From Camelus dromedarius (lineage: Eukaryota): a DNA stretch of 64,000 nucleotides. The position numbers were made by a program, and so were the translations under genes. A model generated the notes under the pieces. It worked only from the letters and a program-made list of their open reading frames with translations. It searched no databases and was not told where the DNA came from. The stretch lies in contig NC_087443.1 in the NCBI RefSeq assembly GCF_036321535.1, positions 81,778,001-81,842,000 of the forward strand, given 5' to 3'. This document shows, piece after piece, positions 1-11,689 of the stretch. Each line of letters opens with the position of its first letter. Within the stretch, counting starts at the first letter, position 1.

Positions 1-1119
1 AGCACTTTGGAGACAAATGTTCGGTTCCTCGGAGGGAAGCAAGGACATGAGGAAGGATGCCAAAGGCTGTGGGTCAGAACCATCGTTTCCCGGAGCTGAG
101 AAACCCTTGGAGGTCATCCGGTGGTTATCAGGGTGGGTCCTGGGGGCCCCAGGTCCACCAGCGATGCGTCACCTGCCACCTCCCCCGGCCCCTCCCCCGC
201 CCCTCCCCCCGCTCCTGACTTGCAGGGGGCTGTGTCCCACCTCCATGTGTGTCACCTGCTGGGTTCCAGGATTCTATGTTCCAGTGGTTCTTCCCTGTAA
301 AATTCGGAAAGCCACCAACCTTGTTGCCCACAGCTCACGTGAAGCCTGTTACGTTGCAGGTGGGAAGGAAGACTCACATGCTTGGAAAGCTTCATCAGGA
401 CAGGGTGACTCACAGCCCGGAGTCCAGCCACAGGCCCACGTCCTTTCTCCACGTCACGTGGCTCTTCCTTGTGAGCACTGGAACCACCGACAGCTGCGTA
501 CACACCTGGGGACCCGAGGGCAGGCTCTCCCACAGCCAGGCCCTCCCGGCCAGCATCGTGGCCTTGCCTTATGGAAGGTATTCTAACACAGGTGTAGACC
601 AGCCTGTAAACGGGTGGCCGTGATCACGTACAGATCTGTCATGACTTAGCTGATTTGAACTCACAGGCTTCCCTCCGAGGGAGCCCTGCTAAGTGAGACT
701 GGACTGAATCAATTTCCCTTTAAAGTAGACACTTTCCATCAGCAGAACTGCACACTCAGGAACTTGAGAGGTTAAATACTGTAGTGGGGGAAAGGCCATG
801 TGGACGTAAGCTTTTTACTGAGAGGCCCCGAAGAGCCCCCTCTGTGCTTCAGCGATGCCGAGAAAGGCGCCTCCGAGTGGAGCGACAGACTTCATCTGAG
901 TCAGGGACCGACAACACGAAACTTCGCTCTGCCCGCCTGCCGTCCCTGAGCCAGGGTCCCTCAGCTGTTCTTTCTCCAGGGGCTGGGAAGAGCCCACCGC
1001 GTGGTTCCTTTCAGACCCTGCCCCCAGGCCCCCATCATGGCGCTGGCAGCCAGACGCCCTGATAGCCAGCCCGTGCCTGAGTTCCACCTCCCGGTGCCTA
1101 GAGGGATGGTCCTGGGCCT

Positions 1120-1625
1120 TGTCGACTGAAATAAAATGCTCAGCCTAAAAGCTGAGAGTCATGTTTTATTCGGCAGGCTTCCTGAGGACCTGAGCCCGGG
1201 ACACAGCCTCTCAGAGGGCTCTGAGGGACGGCTCTGGAGAGGCCGGGAGGAGCCAGGACACGTGGGAGTTTTTACCACAAAGGCCAGGCAGTCAGAACAT
1301 CAAAAGATGATGGTTAATGAAAGAAAGCCAGACATCTCAAGTCAAGGGATTTAGCACTTTTCTACATATGGACGGTGCAAAGGTCTGGGCTCATCGAAAT
1401 CCTTCCTCTGATGTGCACCTATCTCTCTAGGGCCAGTGTCCTGTGCTTTCCTGTCCTGAGTCCCCTCGGGGGCACCGCTGGGAGCGGCAGCAGAGGCCGG
1501 GCTGCCTGCTGGTCTCCGTCCTGAGTCCCCTCCGCGCACTGTCGGGGTGGGGGCAGCGGCTGATGACCTGATGGCCGCCGCAGCATCCTTGTTTACTGAT
1601 GTGGCTGCAATATGTTTCATACACA
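1120..1625. mobile_element. ERV1-class solo LTR (artiodactyl family related to the MER41-like LTRs at 47.8 and 50.3 kb)
   Basis: Starts TGTCGACTGAAATAAAATGCTCAGCCTAAAAGCTGAGAGTCATGTTTTATTCGG and ends TTCATACACA (TG...CA). Internal duplicated GTCCTGAGTCCCCTC blocks. Flanks gcct/ggct fit a 4-bp TSD with one mismatch. Family from recalled consensus. Confidence 0.75.
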
Positions 1626-2289
1626 GGCTGCACATGTGTGTCTTGTCAAAGGAAAGAAAGCTTCCTAAAAAGAAAAGCAGACCATGAAGACAAACTAGAA
1701 GGTGGAGAGAAACGCACACATTCCACGAAAACGGGTGGGGATACTGAAGAACCCCTCGTCGTAACAGTACGTGACCCCCGCCTCAGGATGGTGGGAGACA
1801 CTGGGGAACACGTTTTGATCGATGCACAAAAACTGGCTTTCAGGCCAGTACTTCTGCAAATATTTTTCATGCTGCATAGTTCTGTGCTGACATCAGCACA
1901 ATGCACTGTCAGTAAGAAAAGTGCTTTTTAGCAATTGCTTCAGTTATGAAACTTAGAGACCTTAGGGAAGTAAATTGGGTTACATCCAACAAATTAAAGA
2001 TGATCGATAGTTAATTTCAAGGGCATATTTAATCAATTTCATTCAACTGGACTCTGATTAAATACAAAATATTATTCAGTGTTGCTCAACTTTTACATAA
2101 GCTGTTTTAATGTTGACGTCTTCAATAACTACATTTGTTTTAATTACGTCTGGTTGCCCATTAATAGCTGTATTTTAACATTTATCTTTATATTTAAAAC
2201 ATCTCGGCTCAATGTTGCGACTAGGTAGAAGATAACCTCCCTTTACTTTTCTTTTCAAGCCTGTATTTTCCAAGAAATCAAATGAAATA

Positions 2290-2433
2290 ACTTGAGTCAT
2301 CAGTCTCAATTTACTTTAAAAAACTTTAAACAGCAAAAATGAAAAGTCGTAGATATTGTTTCCATGTTGATTTGCATGTAAATGATACTGTCAGCTTATT
2401 GCTTACTGTTTAGGGAAGGGGAGTCTTATAAAA
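2290..2433 (+). promoter_or_regulatory. Candidate Pol II promoter module: AP-1 site, octamer/decamer, TATA box
   Basis: TGAGTCA 2293-2299, TGATTTGCAT 2368-2377 and TATAAAA 2427-2433 inside an AT-rich, non-repeat-looking island (about 1920-2500). Motif evidence only. Confidence 0.3.
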
Positions 2434-5329
2434 ATCAGAGGGAAGTTTAAATCAAAGCCAGCCAAGACCAAGCTACCAACCTGAGACCTTTCATCATTTA
2501 TGTACAGAAATACCGTTCCTTCCGCACTGAAGCTCGGGAAGACCTTCTGGTCTTTGCAGATCTGCTGGCTCCCTGTGGCCGATCCTGCCTGAACTTCCCT
2601 CGCGCCTGGGCCCCCTCCGTCCTCCTCTCTGGGGACTCTCCATCCCCAGTCATGTGGGGGGTTCCGTGCTCACACAGTTCCGTGCTCAGACAGTTCGAGT
2701 GTTGTCGCTTTGTGTGACCTCGGGGCCCACAACTCCACCCTGGAGCCAGGGCTGCCCAGGAGGTTCATGCTGCATGGAGCCCCCACCGAGGCCGCCCCGG
2801 ACGAAGGGTCCAGGAGGCCAACACAAGGCTGCCCTCCCGGCTCAGAGACGCTCAGGTCTGAGAACTCTCACTTGTCAGCAGCGATGGCTCTGTTTACCGA
2901 ACACCCACTCTGCCTCACACGCAGCACCCAGCTGTCACCCTGTACTCAGCGCAGCTCGGGGGCATATGATCCCGAGGGAGACGCGGGGAGGTGTGAGGGC
3001 CCAGGCCCCCCCCAGGTCAGGACAAGCTTTGGCCCATGCCCGCCTTTTCCAGAAGCAGTCTCGTACACAGAAGCCCGCTTTGCAGGCGAGATGCTGAGGC
3101 AGGGGTGGTCCTGGGATCTGAGGCTCAGCACCTCTGGGGGAGGGCGTGACCCCTGCTTTCTTACCAGCGATGCTCACACAAGCGATGGGATGGACATCGG
3201 CTGTTGGGACTTTCCATTCTGGAACCTGTAATCCCTGTGGTGGATGCCTGGCTGCCCTGGTCCTGAAGACCTTGCCTCTCCTGAGCCGTCATGCAGTCAC
3301 CTGCTCTGACCCAGGCCCCGATCTCGGCACCAGGGACACCCAGATACTGAAAAGGCCCCACCGCTGCTCCAGTCCTACTCGATCAGTGCCAAGAATGACT
3401 CATCCCAGGCACTTTTCATGGCAGCGGCTCCGTAGGCAGTTGTCCTGACTCCCAGTGCTGGGATCAGAAGGGTGACTCGTCCCGGAGGCACGGGAACCCC
3501 ACCCACCCACTTGGTCAGGCAGACCTGTCCCCACCTGTCACACCCTCAGCCCTGATCGCCCCCCGGGCCCCTCTGTGGCCCCCAGAGCCCAAGGCATGCC
3601 TCCCGAGGTGCATAACTGCGCCGATCGTTTCCCTGGAGGATAAACTCCCAACAGGAACAGCCTTCTCAATTGAGATGTCGTCTTTTATTAAATGACTCCT
3701 GGTGACAACAGGGCCTGACGTTCACTTGGCCTCTCGCCTGCACCCAGTCAGCATCGATGTCTCAGAGCAACTGATGTGCGAGTTGTGGGGCGGGGGTAGG
3801 AAGGACGGACGGGCTTAGTTTAGGGTGTGCTGGCAGCGAGCACGTACGTACAGAAACCGCAGCCAAGACCAGCCCCGCGGTGCGCGCTGCGGCGGGGGAG
3901 GGGCAGGGCAGGTGTCCCCGCAGGGACAGAGCTGGCTGCCTCGCTCGCTCTGCTGGGAGAGAGCCGCCGCCAAGGGGGGAGCGCAGATCAGGTTTCATCC
4001 CGGCCGAGTGTGGCTGGACGGGGTGTCAGACTGTTCCAGGAAACGCTCAGACTGCCCTGGCGACGGCACGCATCTCTGTCAGCGCTGGGGACTCGCAGGC
4101 AGCGCCGCCGGGCAGAGCCCCGCCAGCTGAGCCGGGGGTGGGGGTCGGTGCTGAGCACGCTCAGGTGCCGGGGCGCTACACACGTCTCACCAGGCGGTGA
4201 GACTTGCTTCCTCTTCAGAACCCCCATCATATCCACAATTTCTGTGCTGCTGAAGGGAACCCAGCCCGATTCCCAGGTGACCAGGTGCTGGTGGGAGCAG
4301 AGCCTCCGCTTGGGTCTGGTCTGCGTGGACTCGGGCTTATCCCTCACACAGGTCGGGGAGCCGGGTCTGGGGGGGTCAGTGTTCCCCTGGTCCCCCCGCC
4401 GCCGAGGAGTCGGCAGAGCCCGAGCCCCTCTTTGTGGTGCGAGGGTCCCAAGCTCAGCCCTTCTGCCCACCACAGGCTGAAAAAGAGGGTCTTCAGATCC
4501 TGGGGTGGGACTGACCCTAAGTTGACACGTAACCCAGCAGAGACCTCAAAAACTGCCTCCCTGGTGCTCCTGGCTCCGAGGCGGGCAAGCTCGCCGTCCT
4601 GCCACCCTCAGGAGGCCCTCCACCGCCGCCCACACTCGCCGTCTCCTTTTATCCCGGAGCAGTGTGTGCATGTATGTGTGTCTTTCTGGGATGTGGATGT
4701 GAGGCTGGACGTGGGTGGACCTGAGTGTGTGTGAATGTGAGAGCACACGTGTGTACTGTGTATTTGTGTGTGTGTCTCCCTGCCCAAAGGTGTGGTCCGG
4801 AGGGTGAGGACCACAGGACGTCCATTAGAGCATCTCCAGTCATGCTTAGCATGACTCTGCAGAGAGAAGGCATTCATTGTTTAAAATACAATGCCTTCTG
4901 CAGAAAGAATCCAGGTTATTTTTATAACGTCTAGATTTATGTTTGGGAAACGTGAAAATTATTGGTTGCTAAGGAAACTACTTTCTGAAAATGATCAATA
5001 GAAGCTGATGGCCAAAGGTAGCATTCTTTGTTTGGATGGAAAATTACCCTCCTCCCCAGACTGAAGGAAATACACATACACATAGGTGCATACACACTTG
5101 TGCATACACCCCGCACACACACAAAACCACAGACGTGGTGCTGCATTCATGTACAGATGTACCAGTGAGATCCCTTACTGTTTTTTAAACCACCTTACAA
5201 TCTACTTAATAAGGTAGGAGCAGATTTAAGACGAGGGCACGGATCCGGAGCGATGCTCCCACTAAGAACCCAGCAAGCTGCGCTCTGCCCTTCCCAGCCC
5301 CCAGACTTCATGTAACTGGGCAAATACGG

Positions 5330-6640
5330 CACAATCAAGCTACAAAATGTATTAAAAACACCAGCAGGATTCTTTGTTCGAATTAACTATGTGATTCTGA
5401 AGTTTATACGGCCCTTCAAAGAGTTAAGGATAGACCATCAGGAAAATAAAGAACTTTTAAAATCTAAGGCATTTATACTACGGAATATGAAGACATATTA
5501 CAGAGCAATAGCCGTGACGGCCGTGTGGTGTGGGAACAGGGGCCGAAACACGGGGAGAGACCTCGGAAGCAGACCCGAGCTTCCCCAGTCACCTGACTTA
5601 TAACAAAGACAAAACTGCAATGAAGGTGGAAAAAACGCTGGTCCTTTTCAAAAGTGATGATGGTCCATGGGTATCTCCAAAGGGACAATGAATCTCGACC
5701 CCTATGTCATACCATCTGCAAAAAGCCAATAATAAGCCCCAACAGATCAGAAACTTAACTGTGGAAGATAAGACAGTAAAACTTAGAAAACAACATTGGG
5801 AAAGTAGGATTACAGGGTAGGCAAAGATTTCGTAAAGTGAAACAACAAGCCTTTCCCATAAAGGAGAAACTTGATAAATTAGGCTACATTGAAATTCGAC
5901 CTTTTCATCCTCAAAATACCCCACCACGAACGTGGGGGGGCAGGCGGCAGTGACGTTCGGACGGCGCGCAGCATGAAGCACGGCTCGTGGTTGGAATGTA
6001 GCAAGGACTCCTCCAGATCGGTGAGACACAGGAAGGCCAGTTTAGAAATGGGCCAATACCTTGACCAGGCACTTTACAAAAGTGATTATCCAAGTTGATA
6101 CTGAACGTGAAAAAAAGTGTTCAGGGCTGGCATTCATCAGGAGATGCAAATTAGAACCGCAGTGGGACATCAAACGCCCCCATGAGGGAGGCTGTGGCAG
6201 GGGCAGAAGTAGCAACGGTCAGGGGATGTCTGAGGCACTGGGGGCTCGTCGGGTCTTGGTTGGGGAGGGAACTGGTGTCACTGCCTTGTGGAGCAGTCTG
6301 GTGGTGTCGGTGAAAAGTGAACAGGTGCCCTCTTAGGTGTTCAGGGGACAGAAATGCGTGCACGTGCTCCCCGGAGAGCGCACAGTCACTGCAGCTCGCT
6401 CCCACGTGCCCCCAAACTGTGAGCAACCCAAATGTCCCCTGGCAGCAGAAGGGCCGGGTAAACTGTGCCACGAGCCACCAATGGGAGGTGGTGCACGGAG
6501 GAGAAGAGGGACATTACAACTGGCCACGCCCCCTTAGACGGACCCCACCCCCATGTAATGTCTAGTGCAAGAAGCCAGGTGCAAACGTGGGTGGTGGCTG
6601 CACACTCCCTGACACTCACCCATCAACAGGTGTGACTTTG
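5330..6640 (+). mobile_element. Ancient L1 (L1M/L1ME-type) ORF2 3' end and 3' UTR remnant
   Basis: ORF 5391-5603 (ILKFIRPFKELRI...MKTYYRAIAVTAVW) aligns by eye with L1 ORF2 ILKFIW...FKLYYKATV.KTAW. Downstream GGAGATGCAAATTAGAACC and CAACCCAAATGTCC motifs are typical of L1 3' ends. Confidence 0.8.
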
Positions 6641-6710
6641 TGCCGCTGGGATCTTGACGGGGGTTCGGGTGACCCCAAGTCCCGGCTCTGAAGCATGATT
6701 TATATTGTTC

Positions 6711-6940
6711 TTTTTTTTTTAAACATTTTTTATTGATTTATAATCATTTTACAGTGTGTCAAATTCCAGTGTAGAGCACAATTTTTCAGTTATACATGAA
6801 CATATATATATTCATTGTCACATTTTTTCTCCATGAGCTACCACAAGGTCTTGTATATATTTCCCTGTGCTGTACAGTATAATCTTGTTTATCTATTCTG
6901 CATTTTGAAATCCCATTCTGTTCCTTCCCACCCCCCACCC
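6711..6940 (-). mobile_element. Young 5'-truncated camelid-type L1 3' end with target-site duplication
   Basis: Poly(T) then TTTTTATTGATTTATAATCATTTTACAGTGTGTCAAATTCCAGTGTAGAGCAC. Perfect 12-bp TSD TATATTGTTCTT at 6701-6712 and 6941-6952; TTT/AA endonuclease-type site on the minus strand. Confidence 0.9.
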
Positions 6941-7009
6941 TATATTGTTCTTAAAGCAAGTGCTCTAAGCCATTCACTCGACCATTAAAAAAATGTAATA
7001 ACGTGGAAA

Positions 7010-7270
7010 ATGTGCGTCATCAAATCTCAGCCTTACCATAAATCAAAGCAATGTAAATTCAGACAATGGGAAAACTGATTTTCTTTCTCATCAAACTGGC
7101 GATTATTAGGAACACGTATTGTCTATTTTTGGAAGGTTGATGGGGACGTTCTTATGCCTTGCTAGTGGGGATGTTCATGGTTGCAAATGTCTGGTGAATA
7201 TTTGACAAGTGTGTATTAAACATTTAAATGGACACAGCCTTTAACCTGGCAATGCCAAATCTGCTGCTCC
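7010..7270 (+). mobile_element. Ancient L1M/L1ME ORF2-end remnant
   Basis: AAAGCAATGTAAATTCAGACAATG...CATCAAACTGGC...CCTTTAACCTGGCAATGCC resembles the L1 3' ORF2 region. Confidence 0.55.
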
Positions 7271-8754
7271 CTCCTGAGAAGGATGGGGGAATTGCACAAA
7301 ATTATGCAGCATAACAAACGGCAGTAGACGAATAAAAGAGAACAGTAAAGCAGGAAGGTAAGAGGGGAGAGGGACTAGAAAAAGTTCTAGTCCCCTAGGA
7401 ATGGACTCATCAGGTAAACATGGAACACTCACTACATGCGTGGAAGGCAGCGTTAATCCCTGTGTAATAGTATGTACGTGCGTGCACGCGCACACCAGCC
7501 GACCCTGCGGTAGCACGACTGAGGTCATCCACTGTGCAAACATCTGTGACTGTTTACGTGCAGGGCGGTGGAGGCCCGATTCCAAAGTGTGCCTAGGGAG
7601 CTTGGGGGGGTTAGTGGCGCTGTGCATTTTCATACGGTCGGTGCTTTTGTGTGGAAGGTATTTTAGGCACGTGTCTGTTCTCCTTGCACACCTGATGGAG
7701 AAGACACAGCCGTGTGTAAGACGCACGCGCCGGCGCGGGAGGTGCGGGAGGAGGCCCGGGTGCTCGGCCGAGCGCGCTGGCCGCTGTGCGTCTCCGCAGG
7801 GGAGCCGTGCAGAGCAGAGCGGCTGCAGTAGGGGGACGGGGTGTGCTTTTTAAACCTATTTTTATACTTTGTAAGTTCACATGTTTTTGAGTACAGAAAT
7901 ATGAAAGTAAAAACAAACAAACAAACAAAACAAACTCCCTGCTACCTGGAAACAAGTCACACGAGCCAAGCTGGAGCTCAGTAAAGCCGGCTGCCCTAAC
8001 GCCGGCTCACGCTGGGCCTCGGACGCGGCCTCGCTGGCGGGGAAGGCTGGCCCCAGCGCGGCCCCGGGGAGCAGGGCTGCGCTCGGCAGTGGGGCCCGGG
8101 GGGAGGGCCCACAGCGGGACGGCTGCTCCCCCCGCGGGCCTGCTGGTCCCCAGAGGTGGTGGGTCACAGGTCACAGGTCCGGGGCTGGGAGACACTTTCT
8201 GGGAACGGCCAGGTTGTTCGCCCCTTACTCTCGCAGGCCGCAGGGTCTTGGTGGCAACGCGTCGGCTCCCTTCTAGTGTGAAAGCAGCTGGACGGCACGC
8301 CGCAGGGGGTGGATGTGACCGTGTTCCAATAAAACTTTATTTAAAAACAGGCGGTGGGCTGCAGCTTGCGGCCCCTGATGTGGATTAGGCCTCAGTTTTC
8401 TTTCCGAGGGACAAGAGGGCTGGGGGGCTCGTCTACCGACTCCCCCCGCAGGGTGAGGGCCCCCCTCCCTGTGCTTGTTTGCTACCCTCTCCCAGCCCAC
8501 CCTCCCCCCATAAGGCCCCCGGGGCCCCCACTCGGACCTCCGGAACACTGTCTGAGGTCCCATCGTCAATCCTCGCTGTCACCCACCCAAGGATGTGACC
8601 GGGAACCTCAGCCCCTCCCTCCCTCCAGCGTGCCCAGGGCAGTTCTGGCTGAGGGACCAATGCCCCTCTTGTGCCTGGCAGGCGCCCCCAGGAGTCCAGC
8701 GGCCACAGTCCTTAAGTGTGAGGTGCTGGGGCAGTCCCAAGGCCCTGGGGGTCT

Positions 8755-9140
8755 CAAATGGTGAATGGTGGTTCCCAAAAGATGTGTCCATATGCTAACT
8801 TCCAGAACCTGTGAACGTCACCTCTTTTAAAAAAAGGAGTCTTTGCAGATGAAATTAGTGAAGGATCTCCAGATGAGATCGTCCGGGATCAGGGTGGCCC
8901 TGAGGCCAATGACAGCATCCTTACAGAAGACGCAGATGTGGGGGGGGGGGAGGCCCTGCGGGGATGGAGGCAGAGGTTACAGTGATGTTCTCACAAGCCC
9001 AGGAGCCGGGAGAGGCGGCAGGATCCTCCCCTGGAGCCCCCGGGGAGCGCAGCCCTGCCCACACCTCGGTTTCAGATCAGGCCTCCAGACTGCGAGAGGA
9101 CAGATTGCAGTTTGTGGTCATTTGTCAAGGCAGCCACCCC
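8755..9140 (+). mobile_element. MLT1 (MaLR) solo LTR
   Basis: GAATGGTGGTTCCCAAAAGATGTGTCC...GTCTTTGCAGATGAAATTAG...CTCCAGACTGCGAGAGG...GTTTGTGGTCATTTGTCAAGGCAGCC matches MLT1 consensus blocks. Confidence 0.85.
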
Positions 9141-9502
9141 AGGACGTGAGGACGGGTGTCGGGCAGCAGCTGCCGGTCCTCTCATGGCCTCTCAGCTCTG
9201 TGACAGGCTCGCTTCTTGACCAAGAGCTGAGAGATGGGGGCCCCGGGCCCCCCTGGCATGGGGAGCCGGGCTGTGGTGTGTGCATCCGTTCCCGAACCCG
9301 TGCTGAAAGCCCCCGGGCCACCCCACCCGTGAACCAGGCCCTGTCTGTTGAGCATAATTCCCATTAGGGGAGATTTATCCCCTCAGCCTGGAGGTGATGA
9401 GCATTTTTCTCTTTCTGTCTCACTTGCCATTTTTCTCAGTGTGTTCACCACAAACCCAGGCAAACAGATGTGCAATTCTTTGTGACTGTTTTTCTTTAAA
9501 AG

Positions 9503-9564
9503 GTGTACTTAAGCCTATCTGGGCAGGAGTTTGGAGGAAAAAAATTACACTAGAAGAACTCAAG
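9503..9564 (+). other. Candidate internal exon (62 nt)
   Basis: Acceptor ttttctttaaaAG|G, donor AAG|gtacgc; one open frame (VLKPIWAGVWRKKITLEELK). No homology recognised. Confidence 0.3.
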
Positions 9565-10264
9565 GTACGCACTTGAAATAACCTTCTGACCGTGCGATGC
9601 GTTAGCAGAACAGAGGGGAAGAGACTCCCCCAGACGGAGGACCTCGGACGGGAGAAATGAAGCTCGGATGTCGGTCTCCAGCCTGTCGGTAAGCGGCACG
9701 GAGCTATTTCTGAGACGAAGGCCGGCGGGAAGTCAGACGGCTGACATCTGTAAACACTGCTGAAATTCTTCCCAACTCTGTGTTTCTGCGCAGGCCGGAA
9801 GCAGCGCCCCTTGGCCGCAGGCCAGCGCTGACCAGCCAGGGGTGTGGGTCCGAGGCTCCCAGCCCCGCGCCGGGGGCCCGGCCGACCGCTCCTCCCGCAA
9901 AGACCTTCTGGAGCCCCTCCACTGCCAGCTCCACGTGGGGGCGCAGCCAGGTTTTTCATTCTTCAGCAAAAACACAAGATCGTACCTTCATTTATTCACA
10001 TGAACTGCCATTTGCTTTGGGAGATTTTGCGACGGTGGGGACTCTGTTCATTCAGATGCCTGGACTTCTACACGTGACCCCGGGAAGCCGATTTGTGTCT
10101 CTGGTGCTTGCTCTCTTCCTGCACTGGAGTCTTTTGCACGCCTGCTCCATTGCTTCCCCAACGCCTGAGACCTCCACACAAGGACGGCCATCCCTTTAAT
10201 AACCCCCGCATCTAGAAGGCCGTGCATATTCGTTTCCTTCCACAGATTTTCCTGAGTGTCTAAG

Positions 10265-10340
10265 ACTTTATTTATTCCTTCAACAAATGTTTAGCTTCAC
10301 CTACGACGTGTCATGCACTGCTTAAGGCTCCAGGGTTGTA
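10265..10340 (-). mobile_element. L2 3'-end remnant
   Basis: TTTATTCCTTCAACAAATGTTTAGCTTCACCTAC resembles the reverse complement of the L2 3' terminus. Confidence 0.45.
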
Positions 10341-10844
10341 GCTGACTCTCTCGAACGTTCCCAGAACCCCCCTACCCCAGGGCCTTTGCCTCACCTCCCC
10401 AGGGGCTGCAGAGCTCACTGCCTTCTCCCCACACCTGCTCCCTCCCTGAGAACTCCTGGTGCCCACATCTTGCTCTCTTTTCCTCAGTAGCATTCATCTG
10501 AGGAAGCACCAATTGGTTAGATAAAGGATAAAAGGGGGAAAGTTCCCGGAGCAAGGCAAGACTCAGTGCAGGTCCGGCCAGCTCTCCAGGAGGATGGGGG
10601 CTTCCTGGTGGCCAGGCAGTGACCACTTAACTCGGGAAGCTGGGCGCACCTCTTGGTGTGATCTGGAGTAGGTCATGTAGCCTCTGGGGGCTCAGGGTCA
10701 GAGTGTGAGTGGATTCATGTCTGTCAAACACATGTGGGCCCCCTCAGTGCCAACCCCCTCGCCCCCAGGGATTTTGACTCCAGGGTGGAGGACAGTGGGA
10801 GGAGGGGTCCTCTGACCTGATCTCTTTCTGACCCAGTCTGTAGG

Positions 10845-11170
10845 CGCTTCCCAGGGCCTCTGAACACCGCACACCCTGACTGGCCAAAAACCACAGACAC
10901 CTTTAAGCTCCCTGTTCTGGATGTCAGGTGTCCACCGTGGGTCCCCCGGGCTCGGGGCAAGGTCTTGGTGGGGCTGCATTCCGTCTGGAGGCTCAGGGGA
11001 GAGCCCGTTTCTTTGCCTTTTCCGGCCTCGCTGGCCCGTGGCCCCGCCCTCCACCCTCAGAGCCGGCCGTCGGGCCCCTTCCTCTGCTGTGGCCCCGTCT
11101 GGTTCTTTGAGTTGGGGAAGTCCTTAGTTTGTAAGGACCCTTGTGACCCCTTGGGGCGCATGTGAATAAT
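10845..11170 (-). mobile_element. MLT1 (MaLR) LTR
   Basis: TTCCCAGGGCCTCTG...ACCACAGACACCTTTAAGCTCCCTGTTCTGGA...GGAGGCTCAGGGGGAGAGCCCGTTTCTTTGCCTTTTCC matches antisense MLT1. Confidence 0.7.
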
Positions 11171-11200
11171 CCAGGATAATCTCCGCATTTTAAGATTCTT

Positions 11201-11348
11201 TTTAAAAAATTTGTTATAATTTATTTATTTATTTTTATTTGGGGGGGAGGTAATCAGGTTTATTTCGTTAATGGCGATACTAGGGATTGAACCCAGGACC
11301 TCATGCCTACTGAGCACGCACTCCACCCCTGATCGATACCCTCCCCCC
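11201..11348 (-). mobile_element. Vic-1-type camelid tRNA-derived SINE
   Basis: GGGATTGAACCCAGGACCTCATGCCTACTGAGCACGCACTC...ATACCCTCCCCC (antisense tRNA-like head with B box) plus AT-rich tail. TSD TTAAGATTCTT 11190-11200 / TTAAGAGTCTT 11349-11359. Confidence 0.9.
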
Positions 11349-11689
11349 TTAAGAGTCTTCATCTTAATCACGTTTGCAGGGTCCCCTTGGCCATATGTGG
11401 GAACAGGCTCAGGTTTGGGGGATCAGGACATGGACCTCTGGGGACGTCTGCCCACCGCACCGGCCTCTCCCTCCCCACCCTCCGCCCTAGGCAAGCTCCC
11501 CCTTCCCTGGGCCAGGATGTGCCTCTGTATTCGTGTTCCTCCCTCTCAGATTCCCAAACCGTCTCCGGGACGCACTGTTCCACGCCTCACTCCTGATACG
11601 TCAGGCCATCCTTGTTCTGGGTAACTTAGCCCCAGAAAACCTAGAAACCCTTTTTACTCAATAAAGCATGGCTTCTAGAAATCAAAAGT

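Noticed and set aside
1646-1906. Cys-containing minus-strand ORFs (HCADVSTELCSMKNIC...; EKYLQKYWPESQFLC...) as a coding exon
   Set aside because: No recognisable family and no convincing donor; overlapping frames are equally open. Left unassigned.
2368-2600. Immunoglobulin V gene promoter and leader
   Set aside because: Decamer and TATA are present, but no leader exon, V exon or recombination signal sequence follows.
7720-7860. CpG island promoter
   Set aside because: It runs into a tail resembling an L1ME 3' end (GGGGTGTGCTTTTTAAACC...TTGTAAG...), so the CpGs may be GC-shifted repeat sequence rather than a true island.
9929-9945. CTCF site CCACGTGGGGGCGC
   Set aside because: Mismatch at the strongly conserved A of the core; not supportable from sequence alone.
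11271-11348. tRNA gene (also 33620-33695 and 51805-51881)
   Set aside because: tRNA-like A/B boxes belong to Vic-1 SINE heads with AT-rich tails (TSDs visible at two of the three); no complete cloverleaf.
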